From positions 20,379 to 84,378 of the forward strand of contig JACRIE010000042.1 in the NCBI GenBank assembly GCA_016220165.1: 64,000 nucleotides of DNA, given 5' to 3'. The DNA comes from Candidatus Peregrinibacteria bacterium (GTDB lineage Bacteria > Patescibacteriota > Gracilibacteria > UM-FILTER-43-11 > JACRIE01). Made by a program: the position numbers and the translations under genes. The notes under the pieces are model-generated. The model was not told the origin of the DNA and made no database searches. It saw only the letters and a program-made list of their open reading frames with translations. Shown piece after piece: positions 9,678 to 17,286 of this stretch (the stretch's first letter is position 1; the number at the start of each line of letters is the position of its first letter).

Positions 9678-9930
9678 GTAGGGCCTCGCTGACCTGATTC
9701 GAAGGCGGTAAAAATAATGTACCGTGAACCAGACGAAGCCAAACAGAGAATGGTGACTAATCATCTCGAACCTGGGCTGAGTTTTGGTTTTTGTTTTCGT
9801 CCTTCCAAGACGTACTCTTTGGCGTTGTGTTTGTATTTTTGTTTTTATATAAAAATGACACAACAGAATAAATGGGGTTGAGCTTATACGAGTCAGGTAA
9901 AGCTGCATCACCAAGCCTAGGGGCTGGATA

Positions 9931-10030
9931 GCGACGAGTGACAAGTGACGAGTTAATCTTTCTCGTCTCTCGTCACTATTTCTTCGTCTCTCGTCACTAT
10001 TTCTTCGTCTCTCGTCACACGTCACTATAC
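9931..10030. repeat. CGTCAC-family repeat: inverted arm plus about 2.8 tandem 21-nt units
   Basis: GCGACGAGTGACAAGTGACGAG (9931-9952) is followed by TCGTCTCTCGTCACTATTTCT repeated at 9963, 9984 and 10005. It is enclosed by the stem AAGCCTAGGGGC / GGCCTCTAGGCTT. Confidence 0.85.
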
Positions 10031-10186
10031 GGCCTCTAGGCTTAAACGAAATGAGTTGTAAAAGAGCAATTTGTCCCGCAGCTTCGTGCGGGGTTAAGGT
10101 CAGAGGGATTTTTCAAACAGTTTTATGATCTCTGTCCGGCATTGTTTGATAACCGCGAGATAAAATTGTTATTGAAAAATCATGTT

Positions 10187-10214
10187 ATTATATCAATACA
10201 AAAATATTAAGCAA
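10187..10214 (-). promoter_or_regulatory. strong sigma70-like promoter reading leftward into the non-coding region
   Basis: Minus strand reads TTGCTT, 16 nt, TATAAT (perfect -10). Confidence 0.45.
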
Positions 10215-10352
10215 GTTATTTGTATAGACTAAAAATAATACTATGTCTTAATACGATTTGCGTTTGAATTTATCGCTAATCGATCAACGCTAATCGCCAA
10301 TCGAATCTGTTGGAAATTGTAAACTAATCTTGTAATCTTGTAATAATTAATA

Positions 10353-11075
10353 GTGAATATGCTTCAGCGTCTCGCCTTAGGCATCACGGGGCTTCTGATC
10401 GGCGTCTTTACGTTTTCGCAATACCATTCTATTCCGTTGGGTCCTTTTCGCGATCAATATCAGCCAAACGCGGATCGGGAAGCCATCCTGAAAACGCTCA
10501 ACGACGAGCAGGAGAGGCTAAAAAACCAGATCGCGGATCTGCGAAACTGGATCGAGCAAACCCAAAAAAGCGAAGGATCATCGGACGAAATCGATCAGAT
10601 AAAAATCCTGAAAGAGCTGGAAAAAAGGAACGGTCTGACGTCACTCGAAGGCAAAGGAATCGGGATTATTCTGGATGACAGTCCGGACGCCAAGCGCGCT
10701 TTTCTGGACGTGAATGACAACTCCCTGGTGCATGCCGCGGACTTGCGTGATGTTATCAATCTCCTTTTTGTGGATGGCGCCGCCGCGATCGCGATCAATG
10801 GGGAACGCATACTTGTCACGTCTCCCATCACCTGTGTTGGGAATAATATCCTTGTGAATAATTCCAATTTAGTCCCGCCGTTCAAAATCGAAGCTCTGGG
10901 GTCTCCGGAAGCTTTGTATTTAAATATTTTAAATACGGGACAGTTACCGTCGCTCTACGGACGCAAGGAAACTTATGGATTACAATTTTCCATTGCCATT
11001 CAGAATGACCTGGAAATCCCTGCTTACGACGGCAATTTTGCCATTAAAAATCTTACGCCTGAATCGCTTTCTTAA
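10353..11075 (+). CDS. DUF881 domain-containing membrane protein
   Basis: N-terminal TM helix. GIGIILDDS, LVHAADLRDVINLLFVDGAAAIAINGERI and FKIEALG match my memory of the DUF881 (YlxW-like) pattern. Confidence 0.6.
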   Translation: MNMLQRLALGITGLLIGVFTFSQYHSIPLGPFRDQYQPNADREAILKTLNDEQERLKNQIADLRNWIEQTQKSEGSSDEIDQIKILKELEKRNGLTSLEGKGIGIILDDSPDAKRAFLDVNDNSLVHAADLRDVINLLFVDGAAAIAINGERILVTSPITCVGNNILVNNSNLVPPFKIEALGSPEALYLNILNTGQLPSLYGRKETYGLQFSIAIQNDLEIPAYDGNFAIKNLTPESLS

Positions 11076-13179
11076 GCATCGGGTATCGATCTAAATACAG
11101 ATCTTCGTCGAGAAGTTCTTCCGCTGTTTTTCGGATACGCGCCACTAAAACGCCATCGCTCAGCGTGGCGAGCTTAAAATCCGGAATACCGGATTGCCGC
11201 ACGCCATACACTTCGCCGGGACCGCGAAGCTTAAGATCCATTTCCGCGAGCCGGAAGCCGTCGCTGAACTCCGTCATCGCTTTCAGACGGGCAAAAGCCG
11301 CTGCCGAATTCGATTGGGTGTACAAAAAACAATAGGATTGCTGTTTTCCGCGTCCTACGCGCCCGCGAAATTGATGGAGCTGGGACAAACCGAACCGATC
11401 CGCGCCTTCAATGAGCATCATCGTGGCGTTGGGCACATCAATACCCACTTCAATCACCGAGGTGGAAACCAGAATATCGGTGGTGCCTTCCACAAAGGAT
11501 TGCATCACAGCCTCTTTTTCAGACGACTTAAGCTTGCCATGGAGCATCGACACCCGAAATTCCGGAAAAACCTCTTTTTGCAGATGCTCGAACTCCCTTT
11601 TGACCGACTTCACCTCGAGGACGTCCGATTCGTCGATGAGCGGACAAATCACAAACACCTGCTCCTTTTTACGGATCTTGTCCGCCACAAACCGATGAAC
11701 CGTGCCCACGTGCTCCGGCGGCACCACTTTCGTGATAATCGTCTGACGGCCCGACGGCATTTCATTGAGAACCGAAAGATCCTGATCGCCGTACGCCACC
11801 ATGGCGAGCGTGCGCGGGATGGGCGTGGCCGTCATGTTGAGCACGTGCGGCCCTCCATGGGCGATGAGCATATCGCGCTGCTTCACGCCGAAACGGTGCT
11901 GCTCATCGATCACCGCGAGGCCCAATTGGCGGAACTGAACGTCCTCCTGGATCAGGGCGTGCGTGCCAACCACGATAAAAATCGTACCGTCTTTCAATCC
12001 ATTCATGACCGCGTGTTTTTCCGCGGTTTTCATGGAACCGATCAAAAGGGCCGGGGCGGGTATTGTAGGGACAAGACATGCCTTGTCCATACCCAAACCC
12101 GCCCCAAACCCATCCAACAACCGTTGAATCGTCCCAAAGTGTTGTCGCGCCAACACCTCCGTGGGCGCCATGAGAACGACCTGGAATCCTGCCGAAACTG
12201 CGGCCAGCATCGCCATAAACGCCACAATGGTTTTTCCGGATCCCACGTCGCCTTCCAAAAGACGCATCATGGGGAACGGTTTTCCCATGTCTTTGAGAAT
12301 CTCGTAAATCGCCACTTTTTGGGCTCCTGTGGGCGTAAACGGCAATGATTTGAAAAACCGTTTCACCAATTCCACATCCAAAGGGATGGTGCGTGTCGTT
12401 TTTACGGCAAGCCCGCTCTGCTGCCACGCCCGCTTCGCCATAACCGCGCGCAACTGGAGTAAAAAAAGCTCATCATACGCCAAGCGATCTTTGGCCTTTT
12501 TCAATTGAAGGCTCGCAAACGTTTGCGAGCCTTCCGACGTGGGAAAATGGATCTCGCGCACCGCCTCGGATCGCGACATCAACTTTTCGCGCTCGCGGAT
12601 AAAGTCCGGCAAAATCTCGGGCAAATCTTTGGTCAAATAGAGCAACGGATGAATCTTGGTGCGTAGCCATTTCGAAGTGATCCGCTCGTGCTGGGGATAG
12701 ACGGGAACCAGTCGGCCCGTGTGGATCTGGGCCTCTTTTTTGAGCTCCACCTCGGGATTTTGAAGCGTCAGGTCCCCCCCCATAGAGCCGTAAGATCTTA
12801 CGGCTCCTGTAGAACCGTACGACCGTGCGACCTTCCCGGAAACGACGACCTCGGCGTTCACGGGAACCATGCGGATCAGGTGCGGCTGATTGAACCACAC
12901 GCAGGCGATCGCGGATCCCCCATCGTCGCAAAAAAGTCCGCGCGTGATCGTTTTCCGCGTCCGCGTCCGTTCGTTTCTGAGCGTTTTCAGAACGCCCTGG
13001 AGCGTGACCACTTCGCCGTCCTTCACCTCGGCCACGCGCTTGAAGTGGGATAAATCCTCATACGCGCGCGGAAAATAAAAAAGGAGATCCTGGATCGTCA
13101 AAATCCCCATCTCTTTCAGAAATTTAAAATAATCGCTCTTGGTGCGAATCGCCTCGTCTAACGGAGTTCCTAAATTCAT
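11053..13179 (-). CDS. recG: ATP-dependent DNA helicase RecG
   Basis: Wedge domain plus SF2 helicase motifs GDVGSGKT, DEQHRFG and QLHQFRGRVGRG. Carries two in-frame palindromic insertions. Confidence 0.9.
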   Translation of the reverse strand: MNLGTPLDEAIRTKSDYFKFLKEMGILTIQDLLFYFPRAYEDLSHFKRVAEVKDGEVVTLQGVLKTLRNERTRTRKTITRGLFCDDGGSAIACVWFNQPHLIRMVPVNAEVVVSGKVARSYGSTGAVRSYGSMGGDLTLQNPEVELKKEAQIHTGRLVPVYPQHERITSKWLRTKIHPLLYLTKDLPEILPDFIREREKLMSRSEAVREIHFPTSEGSQTFASLQLKKAKDRLAYDELFLLQLRAVMAKRAWQQSGLAVKTTRTIPLDVELVKRFFKSLPFTPTGAQKVAIYEILKDMGKPFPMMRLLEGDVGSGKTIVAFMAMLAAVSAGFQVVLMAPTEVLARQHFGTIQRLLDGFGAGLGMDKACLVPTIPAPALLIGSMKTAEKHAVMNGLKDGTIFIVVGTHALIQEDVQFRQLGLAVIDEQHRFGVKQRDMLIAHGGPHVLNMTATPIPRTLAMVAYGDQDLSVLNEMPSGRQTIITKVVPPEHVGTVHRFVADKIRKKEQVFVICPLIDESDVLEVKSVKREFEHLQKEVFPEFRVSMLHGKLKSSEKEAVMQSFVEGTTDILVSTSVIEVGIDVPNATMMLIEGADRFGLSQLHQFRGRVGRGKQQSYCFLYTQSNSAAAFARLKAMTEFSDGFRLAEMDLKLRGPGEVYGVRQSGIPDFKLATLSDGVLVARIRKTAEELLDEDLYLDRYPMLKKAIQA
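12053..12105. repeat. 53-nt imperfect palindrome inside recG (GGACAAGRCATGCC family)
   Basis: GGGGCGGGTATTGTAGGGACAAGACATGCCTTGTCCATACCCAAACCCGCCCC encodes GLGMDKACLVPTIPAP. Its core is related to the hairpin at 24569-24600. Confidence 0.7.
12785..12806. repeat. 22-nt perfect palindrome inside recG
   Basis: GAGCCGTAAGATCTTACGGCTC lies within the segment encoding ARSYGSTGAVRSYGSMGG in the wedge region. Confidence 0.8.
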
Positions 13180-13348
13180 AGTCCGTAGTCAGTGGCAACG
13201 TAGTCCGTAGTTAAATTCAAATAAGAACTACAGACTACCAAACTACTGACTACGGACTAATTATACTTTATTTTCCAGCCAAAAAATGCTATAATATTTA
13301 GATTAAAGTTAATTTAAACCTTAAATCCTTAACCTTAAATCCTGCATC

Positions 13349-13735
13349 GTGTTAAAAACAATTCAAAAATACATCAACACGACGATCGATCCGGCAATGC
13401 AAAAATGCCTGAACGATCCGACTGCGAAGGGAACCGCGTTACAGGATGAACATCGGAACTTCCTCAAAATCCTCATCAACAAGCTAAAAAAAAGGAAAAT
13501 CAATATTTATCTCCCTGCGTCCCTCTTCAATCATGCGGTCTTTGACAAGTTGAGCGAAAACGAGCAGGAAAGAGCGAACCTGGCGGCCATAAATCTCCTC
13601 AATATCATCCGCCAGATCGAGACATTGTGGACATTTGAGCGCCGCGAAACATTTCAGATCCAAAACCTGGTCGAAACCGTGTGGCAGATGAAATCGCAAT
13701 ATGAACAAACGCACGGAAACGTATTTATCATCTAA
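13349..13735 (+). CDS. hypothetical protein (first gene of an operon of unknowns; GTG start)
   Basis: 128-aa ORF with no recognised domain; tightly packed with the following co-directional ORFs. Confidence 0.5.
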   Translation: MLKTIQKYINTTIDPAMQKCLNDPTAKGTALQDEHRNFLKILINKLKKRKINIYLPASLFNHAVFDKLSENEQERANLAAINLLNIIRQIETLWTFERRETFQIQNLVETVWQMKSQYEQTHGNVFII

Positions 13736-13741
13736 AAAATT

Positions 13742-13930
13742 ATGGGCGAAGGCGACATGATCCCCAGAGGCGGACAGCACGCGAAGATCATTGATCCAAA
13801 GCGTATCCAGAAGATCAAAGAAGGCGGCAAAAAAGCCGATGAGATCCGCAAAAAGGCGGATCAGCTCCACCGCCAAACCGAAGAACTCGTCGCCGACCAA
13901 CAACTGATGAATGATTTAAATAAAATCTAA
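13742..13930 (+). CDS. hypothetical small basic protein
   Basis: 62-aa ORF, 6 nt after the previous stop; Lys/Glu-rich helical. Confidence 0.4.
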   Translation: MGEGDMIPRGGQHAKIIDPKRIQKIKEGGKKADEIRKKADQLHRQTEELVADQQLMNDLNKI

Positions 13931-13934
13931 GTAC

Positions 13935-13954
13935 AGACGCGCCATGGCGCGTCT
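13935..13954. repeat. GAGACGCG-family palindrome (intergenic copy)
   Basis: AGACGCGCCATGGCGCGTCT, a perfect 20-nt palindrome. Confidence 0.8.
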
Positions 13955-13974
13955 CACCCACTAACCCCCATCTC

Positions 13975-14238
13975 ATGACCCCATTAGAAACCCAAACCAT
14001 CAGCACTATCCTGAATCATCCTCATTTAAAGCAGGAGGATAAGGAAAAATATATCGCCGCGTTCCTGCTCATGGGTCCGGGGAAGCAGGCGGAATTCGCC
14101 AAACTATTCGAACATTTCGACGAACGTTGCACCGCCATCGAGCAGGGTAATTTTTTACTGAACCATGAGGAACAAGGCCGTCTTTCCGCACTCTTCCAGG
14201 GCATAAAAGACCGATTGCTCTTAAAATTAAAAAAATAA
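13975..14238 (+). CDS. hypothetical protein
   Basis: 87-aa ORF, helical, no recognised domain. Confidence 0.45.
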   Translation: MTPLETQTISTILNHPHLKQEDKEKYIAAFLLMGPGKQAEFAKLFEHFDERCTAIEQGNFLLNHEEQGRLSALFQGIKDRLLLKLKK

Positions 14239-14250
14239 AAAACAAATCCT

Positions 14251-15741
14251 ATGACCGCTACACCTCAATCACCGGCAGAACAACCCAAGGAAGTAGATCT
14301 AGGCCTTGATCAATTGAAAGCAAAGCTTGCCAGCCTAAAATATGAAACAGGAGACAATGCCGCAAAATATGAATCACAACTTCGCTTGGTGTTCAACAGT
14401 GATATGGACGAATTGAGAATCGCCCGAGGCGAACCGCGTGATAAATTATGGAATGAAGTTTGGGCAAGACTCAAAGCAACGTCCGATTGGAAAGGGCTCA
14501 TAGAAAACAAAGTTGAAAAAGCTGGCGAAAAAGGCGCGCTCGACAAATTTGTAGAAGACGCGGAAAACCTGGACAGCCTCAAGGCCGCCATCGACGCGGC
14601 CAAGGGCGACGTAGGGATGGTCCGGCAATTCGTGGGCTATGTCAAAGATAAGTGGGAAAAAAGCGATCTGAGTAAAACACTCGGGTGGGACAAGCTTGCC
14701 GCTTTTATTGGCGGAACAATGGTTGCATGGGCCACGGAAGGATTGGCCAAAGCGGAAAAAGAGGGCGGACTGGCTAGCACCCTCAAAAAACCGTTCTTTG
14801 AAGGACTTCAATCTTTAGGTAACTGGCTTTTGCCAAAAAATCAGAAGGAAATGAAAAAATTAGAAGGAAAAATCAAAAAAGCCCTTGATGCCAATCCAAA
14901 AAAATACGCTGAAGCAAAAACCAGAGCGGAAGAACTTTTAAAGCTAGACCCGAAAAATAAAATAGCTCTAGCAGCTATAGAAGAAGCGGAAAAGCATGAA
15001 GACGATACTCCAGCCCCGGCAGCTCCCTCGACCGCTCCCGCTGCACCCCCTCCGGCGCCATCCGCCCCGCCCGCCGCCCCTACGACGCCCCCGCCCGCAG
15101 AAGAACCCGAAAAGACTCCCGCCGGATCAACGGCCTTGGCTGCTGGATCCGCTGCGGATTCTGACGCCGCGCGCAAAGCCCCAGAGAAAGCAGAAACATA
15201 TAAAAAAGAAATACAAGGAATCCAAAAACTTTTTGCTGATGCAAAAATCCCATTAAGGCCGCCAACATCTGCTGAATATGGAGAATTACTTGCAACCTGC
15301 GGCGGAGACAAAAAGAAAGCGGAAGAGATGGTAAAAAATACTACCGCTGACTATCTGGGAAACCCAGCTGGGCATCCGGAAATAACTTCGGATTTATTCT
15401 TTGCCGCCAAACAAGTTAAATGGCATGCGAAGAAACATTCTGAACTCAACAATTTTCAATTTGTTCTCATGGATGTGGCGATCCCTCATGCACGAGCAAA
15501 ATTCCTCGAAGACGTGCTCAAACAAAATCCTTATGAACCAAAATATTACTTTGCCAGAGGATACCCTGCGCCGGAGTCTCTCCGCAAATTCATGAATGCT
15601 TTACGAATAGGAAACGAAGACGTCTTGGCGCAATTTTTAAGAGCCCCGGAAGAAAAAGACAAAAAACCAAGTCCAGATTCTCCTCCTGCCCCTCGCGTAG
15701 CGACTGAGAGAATAGCAGGTGGCGGACGCAATCGTTCATAA
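14251..15741 (+). CDS. hypothetical protein with central Pro/Ala-rich linker
   Basis: 496-aa ORF: helical N-terminal half, linker TPAPAAPSTAPAAPPPAPSAPPAAPTTPPPAEEPE, globular C-terminal half. Confidence 0.6.
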   Translation: MTATPQSPAEQPKEVDLGLDQLKAKLASLKYETGDNAAKYESQLRLVFNSDMDELRIARGEPRDKLWNEVWARLKATSDWKGLIENKVEKAGEKGALDKFVEDAENLDSLKAAIDAAKGDVGMVRQFVGYVKDKWEKSDLSKTLGWDKLAAFIGGTMVAWATEGLAKAEKEGGLASTLKKPFFEGLQSLGNWLLPKNQKEMKKLEGKIKKALDANPKKYAEAKTRAEELLKLDPKNKIALAAIEEAEKHEDDTPAPAAPSTAPAAPPPAPSAPPAAPTTPPPAEEPEKTPAGSTALAAGSAADSDAARKAPEKAETYKKEIQGIQKLFADAKIPLRPPTSAEYGELLATCGGDKKKAEEMVKNTTADYLGNPAGHPEITSDLFFAAKQVKWHAKKHSELNNFQFVLMDVAIPHARAKFLEDVLKQNPYEPKYYFARGYPAPESLRKFMNALRIGNEDVLAQFLRAPEEKDKKPSPDSPPAPRVATERIAGGGRNRS

Positions 15742-15749
15742 AAAATAAC

Positions 15750-16235
15750 ATGCCCACACTCGCCCCCAGCATCATCGCGATTCCCGAGCTCCTGGCCAAA
15801 ATCCAGTCGAGTCTGATGGGCGATGAGCAGAAAAAGGCGCTCCTCGACGTCCTGCCCCGCGCCACGGAAACGGATCGCGCGCAGATCCTGGCGCTCATCG
15901 ACAAATCGAACGCCGAGGCAGAAGGGATTCAGAAGGACTATGAAGTACACGTCGGCGACATCAACATGAAATATAAACAGAAATTGGACGAACTGGTGCG
16001 TGTGAAAACCCGCCGCGCGCGTGAAACCTTCGAGACCATGGACGAAGAAAAGAAGGTGCAGACCATGATGACGCTCGAGCAGGAACTGCAAAACGTAAAA
16101 GACGCTCCGCTAACGAGCGCCGTCCCGACCCTCGCGCATCACACTTCTCGTCACTCGTCACTCGTCGCTCTCATATTCTTCCTCATCCTCGGCCTCCTGG
16201 CCTTCGGCGCCTGGCTGGCGCTAAAAATGCTCTAA
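15750..16235 (+). CDS. hypothetical C-terminally membrane-anchored protein
   Basis: 161-aa ORF with C-terminal TM helix (LVALIFFLILGLLAFGAWLAL). The segment just before the TM helix (TSRHSSLVAL) is encoded by a CGTCAC-family repeat. Confidence 0.55.
   Translation: MPTLAPSIIAIPELLAKIQSSLMGDEQKKALLDVLPRATETDRAQILALIDKSNAEAEGIQKDYEVHVGDINMKYKQKLDELVRVKTRRARETFETMDEEKKVQTMMTLEQELQNVKDAPLTSAVPTLAHHTSRHSSLVALIFFLILGLLAFGAWLALKML
16147..16170. repeat. CGTCAC-family repeat inside a CDS
   Basis: CTCGTCACTCGTCACTCGTCGCTC. Confidence 0.7.
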
Positions 16236-16278
16236 CAATTACTAATTTCCAATTTCTAATATCCAACAAAAAAATCTA

Positions 16279-16662
16279 ATGCCTAACGAAGAAAAAAAGA
16301 AAATCTTCGATCTGACGGAACGAACAGCGATATTTGGTGAAAATATTATCGAATTTGCTAAAAAAATACCTAAAAATGCCATCACGCTCCCATTGATCAG
16401 TCAATTGGTTAGGGCAGGAACGAGCGTTGGAGCAAATTATTGCGAAGCGGATTGCGCCGAATCGAGGAAAGATTTCGAACATAAATTAGGAATATGCAAA
16501 AAAGAATCGAAAGAAACAAAACACTGGCTGCGCATGACAGCAAAAGCAGTTCCGGAATTGCTGACAGGGGCACAGGAACTCGCCAAAGAATCAAACGAAT
16601 TGCAATTAATCTTTATAGCCATCATCAAAAAATCAAAATTAAATTCCATCTTAAAAGATTGA
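16279..16662 (+). CDS. four-helix-bundle protein (23S rRNA-IVS / Avd-like family)
   Basis: LVRAGTSVGANYCEA and KLGICKKESKETKHWLRM match the TIGR02436-type four-helix-bundle family. Flanked by inverted AATTACTAATTTC / TTAGAAATTAGTAATT words. Confidence 0.7.
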   Translation: MPNEEKKKIFDLTERTAIFGENIIEFAKKIPKNAITLPLISQLVRAGTSVGANYCEADCAESRKDFEHKLGICKKESKETKHWLRMTAKAVPELLTGAQELAKESNELQLIFIAIIKKSKLNSILKD

Positions 16663-16728
16663 TTTTTTTAGACATTAAAATTTTGCATTCATTTTGTTAG
16701 AAATTAGTAATTAGACATTCTGCATTTT

Positions 16729-17286
16729 ATGAACCACCTCTCTCATCCTTATCGGCACTTCGACCCAGTAGCACGCTTTGTATACCTAAATAATCCGCAA
16801 CAAATCGCCGCAACGATCGAAACGGCCAAACCCGGAGAAATAACGACTGCTGTTACGGCGGATAATTTGAAAGCCGCGATAGATAAGGCGCAAACGGCCA
16901 TAAAAAAGGGCAGCGAAGATCTGGCAAAAACCTTGGGCAGGGATGCTACGACAGGGAGAGAGAAGGATGCATTGAATGCATTGAATGCATTGGAGAAAGA
17001 GTCGGCCGCAAAATTCAGGGAACTGATCGATGCCCATGGAGTAGCGGTCAGCGACGCTAGCGCAGATAAACAAACCAAATTAGAAACGGTTAAAGGAAAT
17101 TTGGATGCAGCCATTAGCGCGTTGGTCACGAAAATCCATGCAACGACTGACGAAGGCGCCAACGACGAACTCGATGACGCTCAGAAAAAAATCGCCTACA
17201 CCGTTCTCGTCAATCAAATCCCTGAGTTTGGAAAAAAAAGCCCGCTGAAGGCACTCCCCAATACAAAGCCCTCATGGCTATTATAG
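16729..17286 (+). CDS. hypothetical protein
   Basis: 185-aa ORF, Ala/Lys-rich helical, no recognised domain. Confidence 0.5.
   Translation: MNHLSHPYRHFDPVARFVYLNNPQQIAATIETAKPGEITTAVTADNLKAAIDKAQTAIKKGSEDLAKTLGRDATTGREKDALNALNALEKESAAKFRELIDAHGVAVSDASADKQTKLETVKGNLDAAISALVTKIHATTDEGANDELDDAQKKIAYTVLVNQIPEFGKKSPLKALPNTKPSWLL

Larger units (their letters stand above)
9615..10180. ncRNA. candidate structured non-coding RNA (strand unresolved; loose RNase P RNA-like motifs on the + strand)
   Basis: About 800 bp without a credible ORF. A minus-strand promoter (10187-10214) and the hairpin terminator (9643-9677) bracket about 540 nt. The + strand carries GAAAUCCGGAC, ACCAG..AACAGAGAAUGG, AAAUGGGGUU and GUCCGGCAUU in the order of RNase P CR-I, CR-II, CR-IV and CR-V. 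I could not build P1-P3. Confidence 0.25.

Noticed and set aside
9690-9715. T-loop-like GATTCGAAGG / CCTTCGAATC, suggesting a tmRNA or tRNA.
   Set aside because: The flanks do not form a 5-bp T stem in the canonical register. No acceptor stem, CCA context or tag reading frame could be found on either strand.
9591-10025. 144-aa minus-strand ORF in the long non-coding region.
   Set aside because: Its N-terminus (DERRRNSDERRRNSDERRER) is simply the translation of the 21-nt tandem repeat. The rest is low complexity and spans a terminator hairpin, so there is no support for coding.
9963-10030. Possible CRISPR array.
   Set aside because: The 21-nt units are directly tandem with no spacers and number fewer than three. 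The same words occur dispersed inside genes, and no cas genes are present.
11194-12348. 384-aa ORF on the plus strand.
   Set aside because: It lies entirely antisense within recG. Its His/Arg-rich composition is typical of a shadow frame, whereas recG has unambiguous helicase motifs. The same reasoning applies to 19725..20594 (antisense to tyrS), 28313..29098 (transketolase), 54513..55088 (TrmB-like 1), 20868..21458 (nadK), 22283..22864 (GT4) and the many 60-150-aa antisense ORFs in the track.
16279-16662. Complete diversity-generating retroelement around the Avd-like gene.
   Set aside because: The window contains no reverse transcriptase ORF and no template/variable repeat pair with adenine-specific differences.
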